From NCBI RefSeq assembly GCF_006345805.1, contig NW_021836301.1, positions 7,186-71,185 on the forward strand: a DNA stretch of 64,000 bases, written 5' to 3'. The DNA comes from Octopus sinensis (lineage: Eukaryota). The translations under genes and the position numbers were made by a program. This document shows positions 24,665 through 37,525 of this stretch, in pieces. The notes below the pieces were generated by a model. The model did no database searches. It worked only from the letters and a program-made list of their open reading frames with translations, and was not told where the DNA came from. Each line of letters begins with the position of its first letter. Position 1 is the first letter of the stretch.

Positions 24665-25310
24665 CGCCTCTATTCTGGGCACAAAGCCTGAATCTTTGTA
24701 GAGATGATGTTTGTCGATTATATTGACCCTAATGCTCAATTGGTACTTCTTTTATCGACCCCGAAAGAATGAAAGGCAAAGACAGCTCCGGCGGAATTTG
24801 AACTCAGAACGCAAAGCAAAAAAGAAATGCCGCACAGCGTGCTAACGCTTCTTATTTCTTTATTGCCCACAATGGGCTAAACATAGAGGGGACAAACAAG
24901 GACAGACAAAGGGATTAAGTCGATTACATCGACCCAGTGCGTAACTGGTACTTATTTAATCGACCCCGAAAGGATGAAAGGCAAAGTCGACCTCGGTGGA
25001 ATTTGAACTTAGAACGTAGCGGCAAACAAAATACCGCTAAGTATTTCGCCCAGCGTGCTAACGCTTCTGCCACCTCGCCGCCTTGCATAAATATTTTTTC
25101 CTGTTTCAGGTACAGGGCATGAACTATTGGGGGAGGGGATAATCGATTACATCGATACCGATGCTCAAATGGCATTTAATATATCGATTCCAAAAGGATG
25201 CAAAGCTAAGTCGACCTCGGCAGAATTTGAACTCACAACGTAAAGCAAGGAAGAAATGCCGCACAGCACTCTGTGTGGCGTGCTAACGATTCAGCCAGTT
25301 CGCCGTCTTG
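24665..25310 (-). mobile_element. Chain of three family-B SINEs
   Basis: Three successive reverse-complement B copies; the middle one (about 24853-25082) is nearly undiverged. Confidence 0.9.
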
Positions 25311-25681
25311 GAAAATGGTAACACCGAACAAAATGTCCCAAACATGTTGGCAGTAAAAACATTATAGACAAAAATAATTCACCTCAAATTGCTACAGAAT
25401 ATCTCGTAAAAATATTTATAGGACATAAATAACGCCGTGCCAAGGGTCGCGAGATCCCGATGGAGACATCAGGAAGCCGTCGTGACAGACGGCGAGTATG
25501 GCGGAAACCCAGGTCTGGACTACATCCGATTTCTTTTAAGAAAGAAAGAGAGAGAGAGAGAGTAATGAAGTGGTATTATATTTATCGGACCCAGAAGAAT
25601 GAAGAGCCAAGTCGACTTAGGTGAAGTTCGAAATCGGAGCAGAGAGCCAATACGGATAACACAAAGCATCATTATTAGCGA

Positions 25682-25920
25682 AGGCGGCGAGCTGGCAGAA
25701 TCGTTAGCACGCCGGACAAAATGCTTAGTGCCATTTCGCCTGTCTTTACGTTCTGGGTTCAAATTCCACTGATGTCGATTTTTATCTTTCATTTTTTTTT
25801 TTTCTTTTGGGAGGCAGGTGTCGATGTACCAGTTAATCATTGGGGCCGATGCAATCTACTTACTATTTCCCCGAAATTGCTGCCCTTGGGCCAAAACCTG
25901 AAACAATTATTATAATTATT
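25682..25920 (+). mobile_element. Family-B SINE
   Basis: AAGGCGGCGAGCTGGCAGAATCGTTAGCACGCCGG head and (TTA)n tail. Confidence 0.85.
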
Positions 25921-25987
25921 ATTACTATTATATCTGAAGTTCTAAGGATTCTGTCAATTCGTTGCCTAGCTTAAATATTACAATTAG

Positions 25988-26026
<39 letters not shown>

Positions 26027-26432
26027 GAATAAAACCAAATATAGGACAGACTATCAGACTAAACAGAGACAGAACTTCACAAAAACACACACGCATACAT
26101 GTGTGTACGTATGTGTATGTTATCGTGTGTATGTAAGTGCTAAGTGTAATTATGTGTGTGTGTGTGTGTGTATGATTGTATGTGCACACACACACATATA
26201 CTACATATACATGCAGAATATATAAATACGTATGTACATGCATTCAAATTTACCAACACATAGACAGATAAGCACATGCAGATATTGACAGAAATAGGAA
26301 ATTTATCGGGGATCGATTATTAGCAGTTAGTTATATAAATTTGATCCCTAAGGCGACAATCTCCGGTATTATATCCTATAACTGAATAACTAACAACAAA
26401 GGGAACAGCGGCGTCGGCGACGATGGTGAGGT

Positions 26433-26466
<34 letters not shown>

Positions 26467-27044
26467 AATTAATTTTGAAATTAATGACGACGACGATGAC
26501 GATAACAATCATAATGGCAAACGATTGATGCTGTGATATTAAACAATAAATGATGATGAGGATGGTGATGGTGATGATGGCAGTGGTGGTAATGATAATG
26601 ATGATGATGATGATGATGTGGTAGTGGTGGTGGTCTTTTCTTTCTTTTGCTCTACAGCAAACAGCAATGAATAAACTCAGTAACGAAGAAGAAGAAGAAG
26701 AAATGATAAGAAGAAGAAGAAGAAATGGTGATGAACGTGGTGTTAAAGCACTTCTCCATTTAATTGAAAATATTTCCATGATTTGTGTGTGTGTGTGTGT
26801 AAGTGTGTGTGTGTTGATTGGTTTATAATACATTTGATAATGTCGTGACATGGAGTTATAAACTGCAGAAAGACATGTAGGAAGGAGTGTGTAAATGTGG
26901 GAATATATGAATGCATGTAGCAACACTCTCTACACCCCCTTTCTTTCTCTCTCTCAAATCAGTATTCGTGTGTGTTTGTACGTTGGTATGTGAACAGCCA
27001 TCATGCAAGTATGTATGTGTGTGTATGTTGTAGCTATATATATT

Positions 27045-27270
27045 TATTTACTACTCACAAGGGGATAAACACAGAGGGGACAAACAAGGACAGACAAAGG
27101 GATTAAGTCGATTGCATCGACCCCAGTGCGCAACAGGTACTTAATTTATCGACCCCGAAAGGATGAAAGGCAAAGTCGACCTTGGTGGTATTTGAACTCG
27201 GAACGTAGCGACAGACGAAATACGGCTACGCATTTCGTCCGGCGTGCTAACGTTTCTGCCAGATCGCCTG
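27045..27270 (-). mobile_element. Family-B SINE
   Basis: Complete reverse-complement copy with the GGGACAAACAAGGACAGAC tail variant. Confidence 0.9.
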
Positions 27271-27404
27271 TTGTAGCTATATATTTTTGATTCAACAATC
27301 GGTAGAAGTTAAGAGAGTAACTCAAGAGCCGAGAGTTTCGTCCTAACGACACCACCGATTAATAATTATATACATCTCTCTTTCTCTTCATATATATATG
27401 TCAT

Positions 27405-27535
27405 CACCATCACCATCATCATCATCATCATTTAACGTCCGTTTTCCATAACGATATGGGTCGGACGGTTGGACCGGAGCTGATAAGGCCGAGGGGGGGG
27501 GGATGCACCAGGCTCCCATTGTCTGTTCTGGCAAT
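27405..27535 (-). mobile_element. RTE-type retroposon 3' end with (GAT)n tail
   Basis: (CAT)n followed by TTAACGTCCGTTTTCCAT, i.e. minus-strand ATGGAAAACGGACGTTAAATGATGATG. Family assignment is from recall. Confidence 0.55.
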
Positions 27536-27679
27536 ATATACTTTATGTTTTGTTGAGTTCTCCCTTCCTGTTTGCATTGCCATTGCCTGTTCTGTATTTA
27601 TACATATTTCTGTATTTCTGTATACGTTTGAATAGATTCACATTCATAATTAGCAATTGCGTCAATGCGATTAAATGAT

Positions 27680-27730
<51 letters not shown>

Positions 27731-27739
27731 AAGAGAGAG

Positions 27740-27796
<57 letters not shown>

Positions 27797-28819
27797 AAGA
27801 ACTTCTGTCTGTGGGGTCCATAAACGAGCAATCACTATATGTATTGATATTTGTTTCAGGCTTTCTAAAATGGAGAGAGATAGCGCGCGAGAGAGAGAAG
27901 GTGGGAGGGAGGGAAGGAGGAAGAGTTACCAAGAGAGAGAGAGAGAGAGAGATAACTGAAATTGTGCTGTTCCTTCTGGGTCAATATCTTAAATGACCAA
28001 ATAATCTTCAGCAATTGTTTTGTAATTGGCGACGACTTAGCAATACCGTTAGAGCAGATTCGATACAATGTCTTGGGAACAGAATATTTCTTCTGGTACT
28101 CTGCGCTCATGGGTTCAAATCACTTCAATCTCGACTTCGCTTTTAACCTTCCCCCGAATCTATAAACAAATCATAAGTCAAGTACTAGTTAGTAATAGAT
28201 AGTAGTACAGCTACCTTGTAGTACTAATTATTACTAGTAATAGTGGTGGTGGTGATGGTAGTAGTAGTACATGTTGTTAAGCCCAAGATAAGTTCTGTTG
28301 AACCGGATCTACGATCAAAAGCGCTCCAACCGTAACCAATCATATCTTTTCCTTCTAACATATTCTGTCTTTTTTTTTTTTTGCGAAATAGAAGGATGTA
28401 ATGTGAGGACAATGTGACAGCTATTTCTAGTACGTTTAGCGACTACGTAGAGGATACCTTACTGGCTAATAGTAGTAGTTGTGGTGGTGGTGGTGATAGT
28501 AAAATCGTTGTTAGGGGTTCATTAGCCCCGAACTTGGCCCTGGTTATGCAGATAGTGGAAGCCGACTAACATCAATGATTATTATCAATGGTGACAAACG
28601 GTTATTCTTATCAAAATTGGTAGATCTTAAAAAACCACGCTCAAGGCATTAGCTATGTCCTCTGCTTAATGTTATCAATCAGTTATTGTTAATGAAAAAG
28701 TACCGCTCCAAATTGCTTACAATAAGCGGCTTCATCAGTCCTTCAGTCCTATATATCTAAGATATATAGGACTGATGACCATTCCACGTTTATAGGAAAA
28801 CTAACAACACTACTTAATG

Positions 28820-29055
28820 CAGCGGTTCTGGCCATTTTTCTTTTATCTACGGACACCTTGGATTCCCATCTTACACGGGTGGGTCCTCATAGTCATTCTA
28901 TAATATTTTAATGATTAAATATTATTAGGAACTGTATAAAAACATCAAATATTTGATGTATGGCAGAAATATAAACAATTTATTGGAGATAAATTTTAGC
29001 AACAAAATCTTGTCTGGTTCCCGAGGGTCAGATGTACCTTAGTTGAGAACCCCTG
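28820..29055. mobile_element. hAT-type MITE
   Basis: Termini CAGCGGTTCT and TTGAGAACCCCTG; 8-bp TSD ACTTAATG/ACTTAAAG (7/8). Confidence 0.8.
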
Positions 29056-29204
29056 ACTTAAAGTGTCATTTCCATTTGAGGAAGATTTTAAGTTGCTATT
29101 TCTACCAGTTCGAACACCCTTGATGGCTTTTGCGGTTCTTGCAATCGATAATCAATCATTTCTACATATCACATCCTATCAAGCTACAAACACATACAAA
29201 TGTT

Positions 29205-29845
29205 CTTTACTACACTAGGTATAAGGCCTGATATTTTAGGGGAGGGAGTCAGTTGATTAGATCGATCGCAGTACACAACTGGTACTTAATTTATTGAGAG
29301 AACTGGTACTTAATTTATCGAAGGGCAAAGTCGACCTCGGCGGAATCTGAACTCAGAACGTAGCGGCAGACGAAATACCTATTTCTTTACTACCCACAAG
29401 GAGCTACACACAGAGAGGACAAACAAGGACAGACAAACGGATTAAGTCGATTAGATCGACCCCAGTGCGTACCCGGTACTTATTTAATCGACCCCGAAAG
29501 GATGAAAGGCAAAGTCGACCTTGGCGGAATTTGAACTCAGAACGTAATGACATACGAAATACCACTAAGCATTTCGCCCGGCGTGCTAATGTTTCTGCCA
29601 GCTCGCCGCCTCAATCATACTTAATATTCTTTTCTAGTCTAGGCACAAGACCCAAAATTTCTGGAGAGGGAGTCAGTCGATTAGATCGACCCCATTACGC
29701 AACTGGTACTTAATTTATCAGCGCCAAAAAGATGAAAGGCAAAGTCGACGTCGGCGGAATTTGAACTCAGAACGTAGCGGCAGACGAAATAGCCCTAAAC
29801 ATTTCGTCCAGCGTGCTAACGTTTCTGCCAGCACGCCACCTTATA
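29205..29845 (-). mobile_element. Chain of three family-B SINE units including a multimer junction
   Basis: The reverse complement at 29369-29400 gives CTTGTGGGTAGTAAAGAAATAG|GTATTTCGTC, the same junction as in the 18300 trimer. Confidence 0.9.
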
Positions 29846-29920
29846 CACATACAAATGTTGATGAACCTTTATTGATTTTATTAAAAAGAAAAGAAAAAAA
29901 GAAATGCTGCTATCGAAGGC

Positions 29921-30345
29921 GCAGGCATGTTCGTGTGTGTTAAGAAACTCGCTTTGCTACCACGTGGTTTCAGGATCAATCCCATGCGCTTGGCATCTTG
30001 GGTATCTTCTACTACAGCCCCGTCCCGTCCAACGCTGAGCGAGTGAATTTTTTTGGTTGACGGAAACTATGTGGAAGCCCGTCGTGTTTATTATATGTGT
30101 GTGGTTGTGTGTTTGTCTGTTTGTGTGTTTGTCTGTTTGTGTGTGGGTGGGTGCGTGCCAATCCCACCGCTTGTTGGTTTGTTTACGTCCTTGTAACTTA
30201 GCGATTCACTAAAACAGGCAGATGAAATAAAGTACGCTTTAAATAAAAAGAAAAAATTGTAATACTGGGATCCATTTGTTCAACTAAGCCTATTTAAAGC
30301 AGTACACCAGCATGGCCGCAGTCCTATGACTGAAAAAAGTAATAA
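29921..30345 (+). mobile_element. Family-A SINE (diverged)
   Basis: Head, GACGGAAACTATGTGGAAGCCCGTCG, internal TG repeat and the CCAGCATGGCCGCAGTC 3' block. Confidence 0.8.
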
Positions 30346-30386
30346 ATAGTCATGAACATCTCGGAGATTACAAAAACAAAGAAATG

Positions 30387-30514
30387 AGCAATCTTTCGGT
30401 ATTAGTAGACGACGTCATTCACCCTCTTTCTCAGCTTAGCCTCTTAGAATCTATATCACAAGGGAACGTTGCGTGAGTGTGAATGACATCGTCTACTAAT
30501 ACCGAAAAATTGCC
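30387..30514. mobile_element. Small MITE with 36-bp TIRs
   Basis: AGCAATCTTTCGGTATTAGTAGACGACGTCATTCAC versus the reverse complement of 30479-30514 matches 33/36; no clear TSD. Confidence 0.75.
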
Positions 30515-31299
30515 GAAGCCCCAAAAGAATCAAATAGCAAATACTTGGGAATCAAACCTGGTTTAAAGCCGGATCTGGTCCGAAAACACCGGAAGTAAGT
30601 TTCGATTTATAAGCGAACGTTAAGAGAAAACACGATTTTCTTGCCTTCAGCAACGGCACACAATAAAATAAATAACTTGTTTGTACATCGCTGTCAGTTA
30701 CCGAAGCCTTGTGAAAAGGGTATTGATCGAAGCCTTTTTTCTAAGTAAGACATAAAATATTTAATGACCTTAAGTAAAAACTAAAACGTCGTGAAACTAC
30801 GATTCGAAACCGGGACTCAACGGGCCCGAGCAAGACTCGATATGACGCTGTGTGTTCGGTTTTATTAAGAAATGATAAGTTGAGAGATTATGTAATGAAT
30901 ACGCAACACTGTAACATTGATAGAAAGAAAGTACTAGATCGCTATGAAAAGATCAATAGAAGATCTATACACACGCATACATCAAGTTAAATGCACACAT
31001 ACATACATAGATAGATACAAAGAGACATACAAAAGGATAGATAGATAGATAGATAGATAGGAAGAAAGACAGAGAGAGAATGAAGAGGTAAAGCTATTCA
31101 AACGTATGTAAGATAAAGATAGATTATAGATGTATATAAACGTGCGCGAGTACGTTGAATGTTCATGCATGCATTTAAATGTAATATCTAAGATATGATT
31201 ATACACACACAGAGACATGCGTACATACAAATATACGCATACACACTTCTCCATACGTACATACATAAACATATAACCATACGGATACACACACACACA

Positions 31300-31589
31300 A
31301 ACTCATACATATACCGATACAGTATAACTGTTAATATATATATATATGGAAAGACAAACACACACACACACACATAGATTCATATACATGCATAACTATA
31401 TTGTAGATATATGCATATATACATAGATGTTTATATAGATGTATACACACATGTATACATATATATACACACACGCATAGACAGACATATATTTATGCAT
31501 ACATATGTACGAACATGTATTTACTATAATACGTGCACATACACACACATATATATATATATATATATGTACACAAATACATATATATA

Positions 31590-31622
<33 letters not shown>

Positions 31623-31851
31623 CGCGTTTGTAGATGTATATTATATATATTCGCACACACGCACTCATACGTATATAGTTTACATATACGCATTTACATG
31701 CATATACAAACTTTATATATAATATATATATATATTGTAGGTATACACACACACATATATATATGTATATACATATATATATATATATAACATTCATATA
31801 CAAGTATATAGCTCTATATATATGTATGCATGCGATACATATACGCACATA

Positions 31852-31882
<31 letters not shown>

Positions 31883-32110
31883 TGCTTATATACAAATACA
31901 TGCATGTGTATATATGTGCCTGTGTGTGTGCGTAGATATGTGTATATATATATTTTTATTCGTATATATGTATATATTTTTTGCTGTATCTATCTATCTA
32001 TCTATATATATATATATATGTATGTATATATTTACGCGTGTGTGTGTGTATACATACGTACGTACATATGTATGTATGTATGTATTCACACACACACACA
32101 TACATACACT
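31300..32110. repeat. Extended (TA)n/(CA)n/(CATA)n compound microsatellite
   Basis: Direct reading; source of the many Ile/Tyr/His ORFs. Confidence 0.9.
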
Positions 32111-32395
32111 CGAGCACAGAAAGAGATGGAGAAAAAACTGTTTTTTCCTCCGTTCCTTCAATCAATAGCTATTAAGATAACTAGATTAAATTGATGTATG
32201 TATATTATTATATTGATGTTTTGAAAACCGTTTAAACATAACGTATCAAATGAAACAAAACGAATATACAACGAGATGAAAATATCAATTGACGTAAAAG
32301 TATGTATTTTAAGTTTATCAAAAAGTTATCAAGTTTACTTGCACACACTTTTCGCTAAACGTTGGCGCATGCAATGCGTGTGTATATGCATATCG

Positions 32396-32426
<31 letters not shown>

Positions 32427-32469
32427 CGTGTGTGTGTGTGTTACAGTTAGCTTCGCTTTGCGTACGTGT

Positions 32470-32854
32470 ATGTTTGTATTGGATAGATAGATAGATAGAT
32501 AGATAGATAGGTAGGTAAATACATAGATAGGTAAACAGATAGATATATAGATAGATTGGAAGATAGATACATAGATAGGAAGATAGAAAGATAGATAGAT
32601 AGACTGACTGATTGACAGACAGAGAAATAGATAGAGGGATAGATATACATAGATAGATTAGACATAGATATGTGTCTTTATTACCCACAAGGGGTTAAAT
32701 ACAGAGGAGACAAACAAGGACTGACAAACGAATGAAGTCGATTACATCGACCCCAGTGCGTAACTGGTACTTAATTTATCGACCCCGAAAGGATGAAAGG
32801 CAAAGTCGACCTCGGCGGAGTAGATAGATAGACACAGATTAGATAGATAGATAT

Positions 32855-32904
<50 letters not shown>

Positions 32905-33175
32905 GGATACATAGATAAATATAGACAGACAGATAGATAGATGGATAGATAGATAAATATAGATAGACAGACAGACAGATGGATAGATAGATAGATAGAT
33001 AAATATAGACAGACAGACAGACAGACAGATGGATAGATAGATAGATAGATATAGACAGATAGATAGATAGATAAATATAGACAGACAGATAGATAGATAG
33101 ATAAATATAGACAGACAGATAGATAGATAGATAAATATAGACAGATAGATAGATAGATAGATAATGTAGATATGC
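32470..33175. repeat. (AGAT)n/(AGAC)n arrays with a higher-order AGATAGATAAATATAGACAGAC unit, split by a family-B fragment (32680-32820, minus)
   Basis: Direct reading. Confidence 0.9.
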
Positions 33176-33185
33176 ATGTGTGTGT

Positions 33186-33375
33186 GTTTAAGTTATAATA
33201 AAAATATTTTTACATTAAACTGAAGTACTATTCAATACATTTGGTAGAGTACAGATTTATTTTATATATCATGAATGGTACTGACAGTAACTTCGAAGTT
33301 TCGGCCAGTCCAATGACGACTTTAGTTGGCCGAAACTTCGAAGCCAGTGGTCACTACTGTTCATGTTAAAAGAAA
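33186..33375. mobile_element. Family-F repeat, head-to-head inverted pair with hammerhead-like core
   Basis: Perfect 17-bp inverted repeat at 33291-33307 / 33327-33343. The minus copy aligns by eye with 40560-40706. Confidence 0.65.
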
Positions 33376-33527
33376 TGTGTATGCGTGCGTGTGGGTAATG
33401 CACGAAACTCCCAAACCTCGAGTCACCCTGTTACTTCTGCTAAATATTAATAAAAATATACATATATCCATATATTTGAGTTCTATTTTCCCCTGTCTGC
33501 ATCACTATAACTCTGCCTCTCTCTCTT

Positions 33528-33588
<61 letters not shown>

Positions 33589-33829
33589 GCGTGCATGCAC
33601 ACAGATTGTTGTTGCATTGAAGGAGAAAGTTCTCCATAAATTCTCAATAAAAGTAGAGGTATATGGGTTGGTTGAAATTCCTTTTTCTTTGATTTTCCTG
33701 TTCGATAACTTCGGAAACTGACACGCACACACATATATATATATTATATGTATCCGCAAATACATTTTATACGTGTAATTATATGTATCTGTATGTATGT
33801 GTATATGTATCTAGGTATGTATATATTGT

Positions 33830-33971
33830 TTTTTTTTTATGAAAAAATAACTTATCATTAAAATTAATTCTAACTCAAATCTTTTTAGTACTGTACACGT
33901 TTATTCAACTTTTACAAGGAAAAGAAAAAGTTGACAGTAACTTCGAAGCCAGTGTCAACTTTTTTTCCTTG
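33830..33971. mobile_element. Family-F repeat, second inverted pair centred on CTTCGAAG
   Basis: Arms at 33915-33940 and 33949-33971 around the palindrome at 33941-33948. The minus copy matches CTTGTAAAAGTT...AAACATGTACAGTAC at about 40612-40648. Confidence 0.6.
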
Positions 33972-34619
33972 AACATTACATGTTCCGCATACACACACAC
34001 ACACATTTCGGAAACAGGAAAAGAATTTATACTGACCGAAACGAAGAGAGATACAGACAGACAGACAGATAGATAGATAGATCGATAGATAGATAGATAG
34101 ATAGATAGACAGACAGATAGAATGACAAACACAGATATTCACTTGTATACATGCGCGAGTACGTGTCTGTGTGCATCTACTAAAATGGTTTACCTCTTTT
34201 AGAACGTATTAAAATTCCGTAACTCGAATGATCGTAACATCCAACAACGCCGATTTCGTCAACTTCATCATTGTAATAATCATCGTCATCATCATCATCG
34301 TCATCATAATCCTCGCGATGACAAACGCACAATAATTTTATAAGCTACTCAATGTGTAAGCAACATAACAAACAACACAGTCGTAGACGCCGGTTTCTAT
34401 CCAACATGTTACTTCGGGGTGGCGATTATTATTTATAAATCTCCACTGATAAGCGGAGATATTGTTGCTTAGGTTTTTAAGTTTTGTTTCCGTAATTTTT
34501 TTCTTTTAAAACAGCAGACTAAGAAGGAAGTAGTGACCTTTATGCATTAACAGTTACTTTTTCTTTAATTAATTTCCATTTCTTTGTTTTAATTCTTTCG
34601 AATTTTGTGTTAGTTGTGC

Positions 34620-34657
<38 letters not shown>

Positions 34658-34857
34658 CGTGATAGATAGGTAGGTAGATAGAAAGATAGATAAATAGATA
34701 GATCGGTAGGTGGAATTATGTATATACGTGCGAGTGTACAAGTTTGTGTGTGTATGTGTTTAATGTTGTTCAGTCACTACACACTGTTGTTACCGATTCC
34801 ACAGAGTCTGCTGTCTGTTCAGTTGTTGTCTGCGCTCTTTCTTTCTTTTCTTCTCTT

Positions 34858-34888
<31 letters not shown>

Positions 34889-35580
34889 TTGTCTTTCACT
34901 CATTCACTCTCTAGCTTTCTCCCCTCTCTCTTTCTCTGTCTCTTTCTCTCTCTCTCTCACACGCTCTGTCACTCTTTCTCTCCCGTCCTTCCCCCTCTTA
35001 CTCAATCTCTTTCCATCTCTTTCCGTCTCTTTCAGAAGAGTTCTTCAACTCTACCCGGTCTTGGGACAACTGGATTGGCTGATGAAAAAAACCCAACCAT
35101 CCCATGAAAAGAGAGTGTGTGTGAGTGTCTGCATGTGTGTATATGCGTCAGACAAAGTTGTATAAATGATGACGGTGGTGGTGATGACGATGGGAGCGGA
35201 AAGAGTATGAATGACGGCGGTGGTGATGATGATGTTAGCAGTGATGGAGAGTGGGGGGAGGGGGAAACTATTGTTACGATATAGGCTGTGAGTGGGTTAA
35301 CCAAATATATTTATTAAATAGAAGTGAGGTGGAGACGGTAAAATGAAGGAAAGAAAGAAAGAAATCGTATAAGTTAGTCATAGCGAGGGAGGGTGACAAG
35401 TGGCGGAATGGCGTAGTGGTGGTGGTGATGGTGGTGAGAGAAGAGAGGAGATAGAGTAGACATTTGAAAAATAGAGGGGGAGATTTATTAGAGAGGGTGA
35501 CAAAGAGGAAGAAGAGAGGGAGGTGTCAAAGAGAAGTTGTGAAGACTAAACACACACACACACACACACACATTCAGATT

Positions 35581-35628
<48 letters not shown>

Positions 35629-35735
35629 TGTAAATGTATAGAAAAGGATGCAGGTAGATTAGAAAGAGATGTTGAGAGAGGATGAAAGAGAGAGATAAAA
35701 GTGAAGATATGCATGTGTAACATATACATACACAA

Positions 35736-35783
<48 letters not shown>

Positions 35784-35898
35784 TAAACGAAGTGAGAGAA
35801 AGGGAGAAAGTGATGCAGACAGACAGATAGATAGATAGATAGATACATAGATATAGGATAGATAGATAGATAGATAGATAGATATAGGATAGACAGAT

Positions 35899-35938
<40 letters not shown>

Positions 35939-36421
35939 TTCCACTCGATAAAATCGACTTCCAGTAGTACTTAGCTGGTACTTATAATATCGACTCCTTC
36001 CCACCCAGAGTGTTGCAATATAAAAGAGCTCCCCCGGGCAGGATTTGAACGTGGAAATCATTAGAATACAACCAATTTCTTCCTTCCTATCATTGCTGCT
36101 ATTTTATTAAGACGAGGGGAAAAAAGAAAGAAATGTAATGCCTCGGGTAATTACTGGTACTTGTTTTATCGATTCCGACTTGTTTTGAACTCAGAACATA
36201 AAGAGCCGTAACTATATACCACAAGGCCTTTCTTTTTTTTGTTTTTTTTTTTTGTTTTAACTGATGCTCGACCAATTTTCCTCATGTGTCATCCCTTAAT
36301 CGATTTTTAACTTACCAAGAAGACCATACGAAAGGGAAATAAGGTCGTAAATTCAATCAGACGACAAAACTCTCCCAATTCTTGGTTAGTACTTACTCAG
36401 TGTTTATTATTTAGTGACTTT

Positions 36422-36789
36422 GGAAGCACTCCGTCGGTTACGACGACGAGGGTTCCGGTTGATCCGATCAACGGAACAGCCTGCTCGTGAAATTAACGTG
36501 TAAGTGGCTGAGCACTCCACAGACACGTGTACCCTTAACGTAGTTCTCGGGAATATTCAGCGTGACACAGAGAGTGACAAGGCCGGCCCTTTGAAATACA
36601 GGTACAACAGAAACAGGAAGTAAGAGTGAGAGAAAGTTGTGGTGAAAGAGTACAGCAGGGATCATCACCATCCCCTGCCGGAGCCTCGTGGAGCTTTAGG
36701 TGTTTTCGCTCAATAAACACTGGGAATCGAAACCGCGATCCTATGACCGCGAGTCCGCTGCCCTAACCACTGGGCCATTGCGCCTCCAC
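36422..36789 (-). mobile_element. tRNA-derived SINE, head alpha + tail X, with 13-bp TSD
   Basis: Reverse complement of the 15968 family; ATTTAGTGACTTT at 36409-36421 and 36790-36802. Confidence 0.92.
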
Positions 36790-36904
36790 ATTTAGTGACT
36801 TTACTGGAATGATGAAAAGTAAATGTCGTTCTTTACTTATTTCTGAGTACAAATCCGTAGCTGAATTTAAAACACAGAATTAAAAAAAAAAAATAATAAT
36901 AATC

Positions 36905-37300
36905 CTTTCTATCTACTAAAGACACAAAGCCTGAAATATTTGGGGAGGGGAGGGGGGCTAGTCACGGCCCCGAAAGGATAAAAGGCAAAGTCGACCTCGG
37001 CGAAATTTGAACTCAGAATGTAAAAGCGGACGAAAAAGCCACAAAGCATTTTTGCCCGGCGTGCTAACAATTGTGCAAGCTCGCCGCAATAATATTCCTT
37101 TCTGCTAAAGGCACAAGGCCTGAAATATTGGGGGGGGAGAGGACTAATCGATTATATCGACCTCAGTGTTTCATTGGTACTTACTTTATCGACCTCAAAA
37201 AGGATGAAAGGCAAAGCCGACGAAATACTGCTTAGCATTTTGCCGACGCGAACACGCTGATATTTTAGCTGACTGACCGAAATCTGAGGCGGAATTTGAA
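36905..37300 (-). mobile_element. Two family-B SINE copies
   Basis: GGCACAAGGCCTGAAATATTGGGG tails and GAAAGGCAAAGTCGACCTCGG. Confidence 0.8.
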
Positions 37301-37525
37301 TATCAGAATCAAGAGAAAATAAGAAACAAAATAACTACGGATCACATCAAACCATGATGTAGAGTTTCAAACCATAGTTCGTTCGTATAACGGCGTACAG
37401 TTTATCTTTGCATCACACCTTACATACATTACATTACAATGTATATCTTTGTTAGCAACACCTCGTATTATTAACGAGGAAGTTTCTAATTGATCATTCG
37501 TCCCGCTAGAAATAACAACCAAATA

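Noticed and set aside
30560-30600. Promoter or first exon (ETS-like CCGGAAGT overlapping a GTAAGT donor)
   Set aside because: A single short motif with no supporting downstream exon or other evidence.
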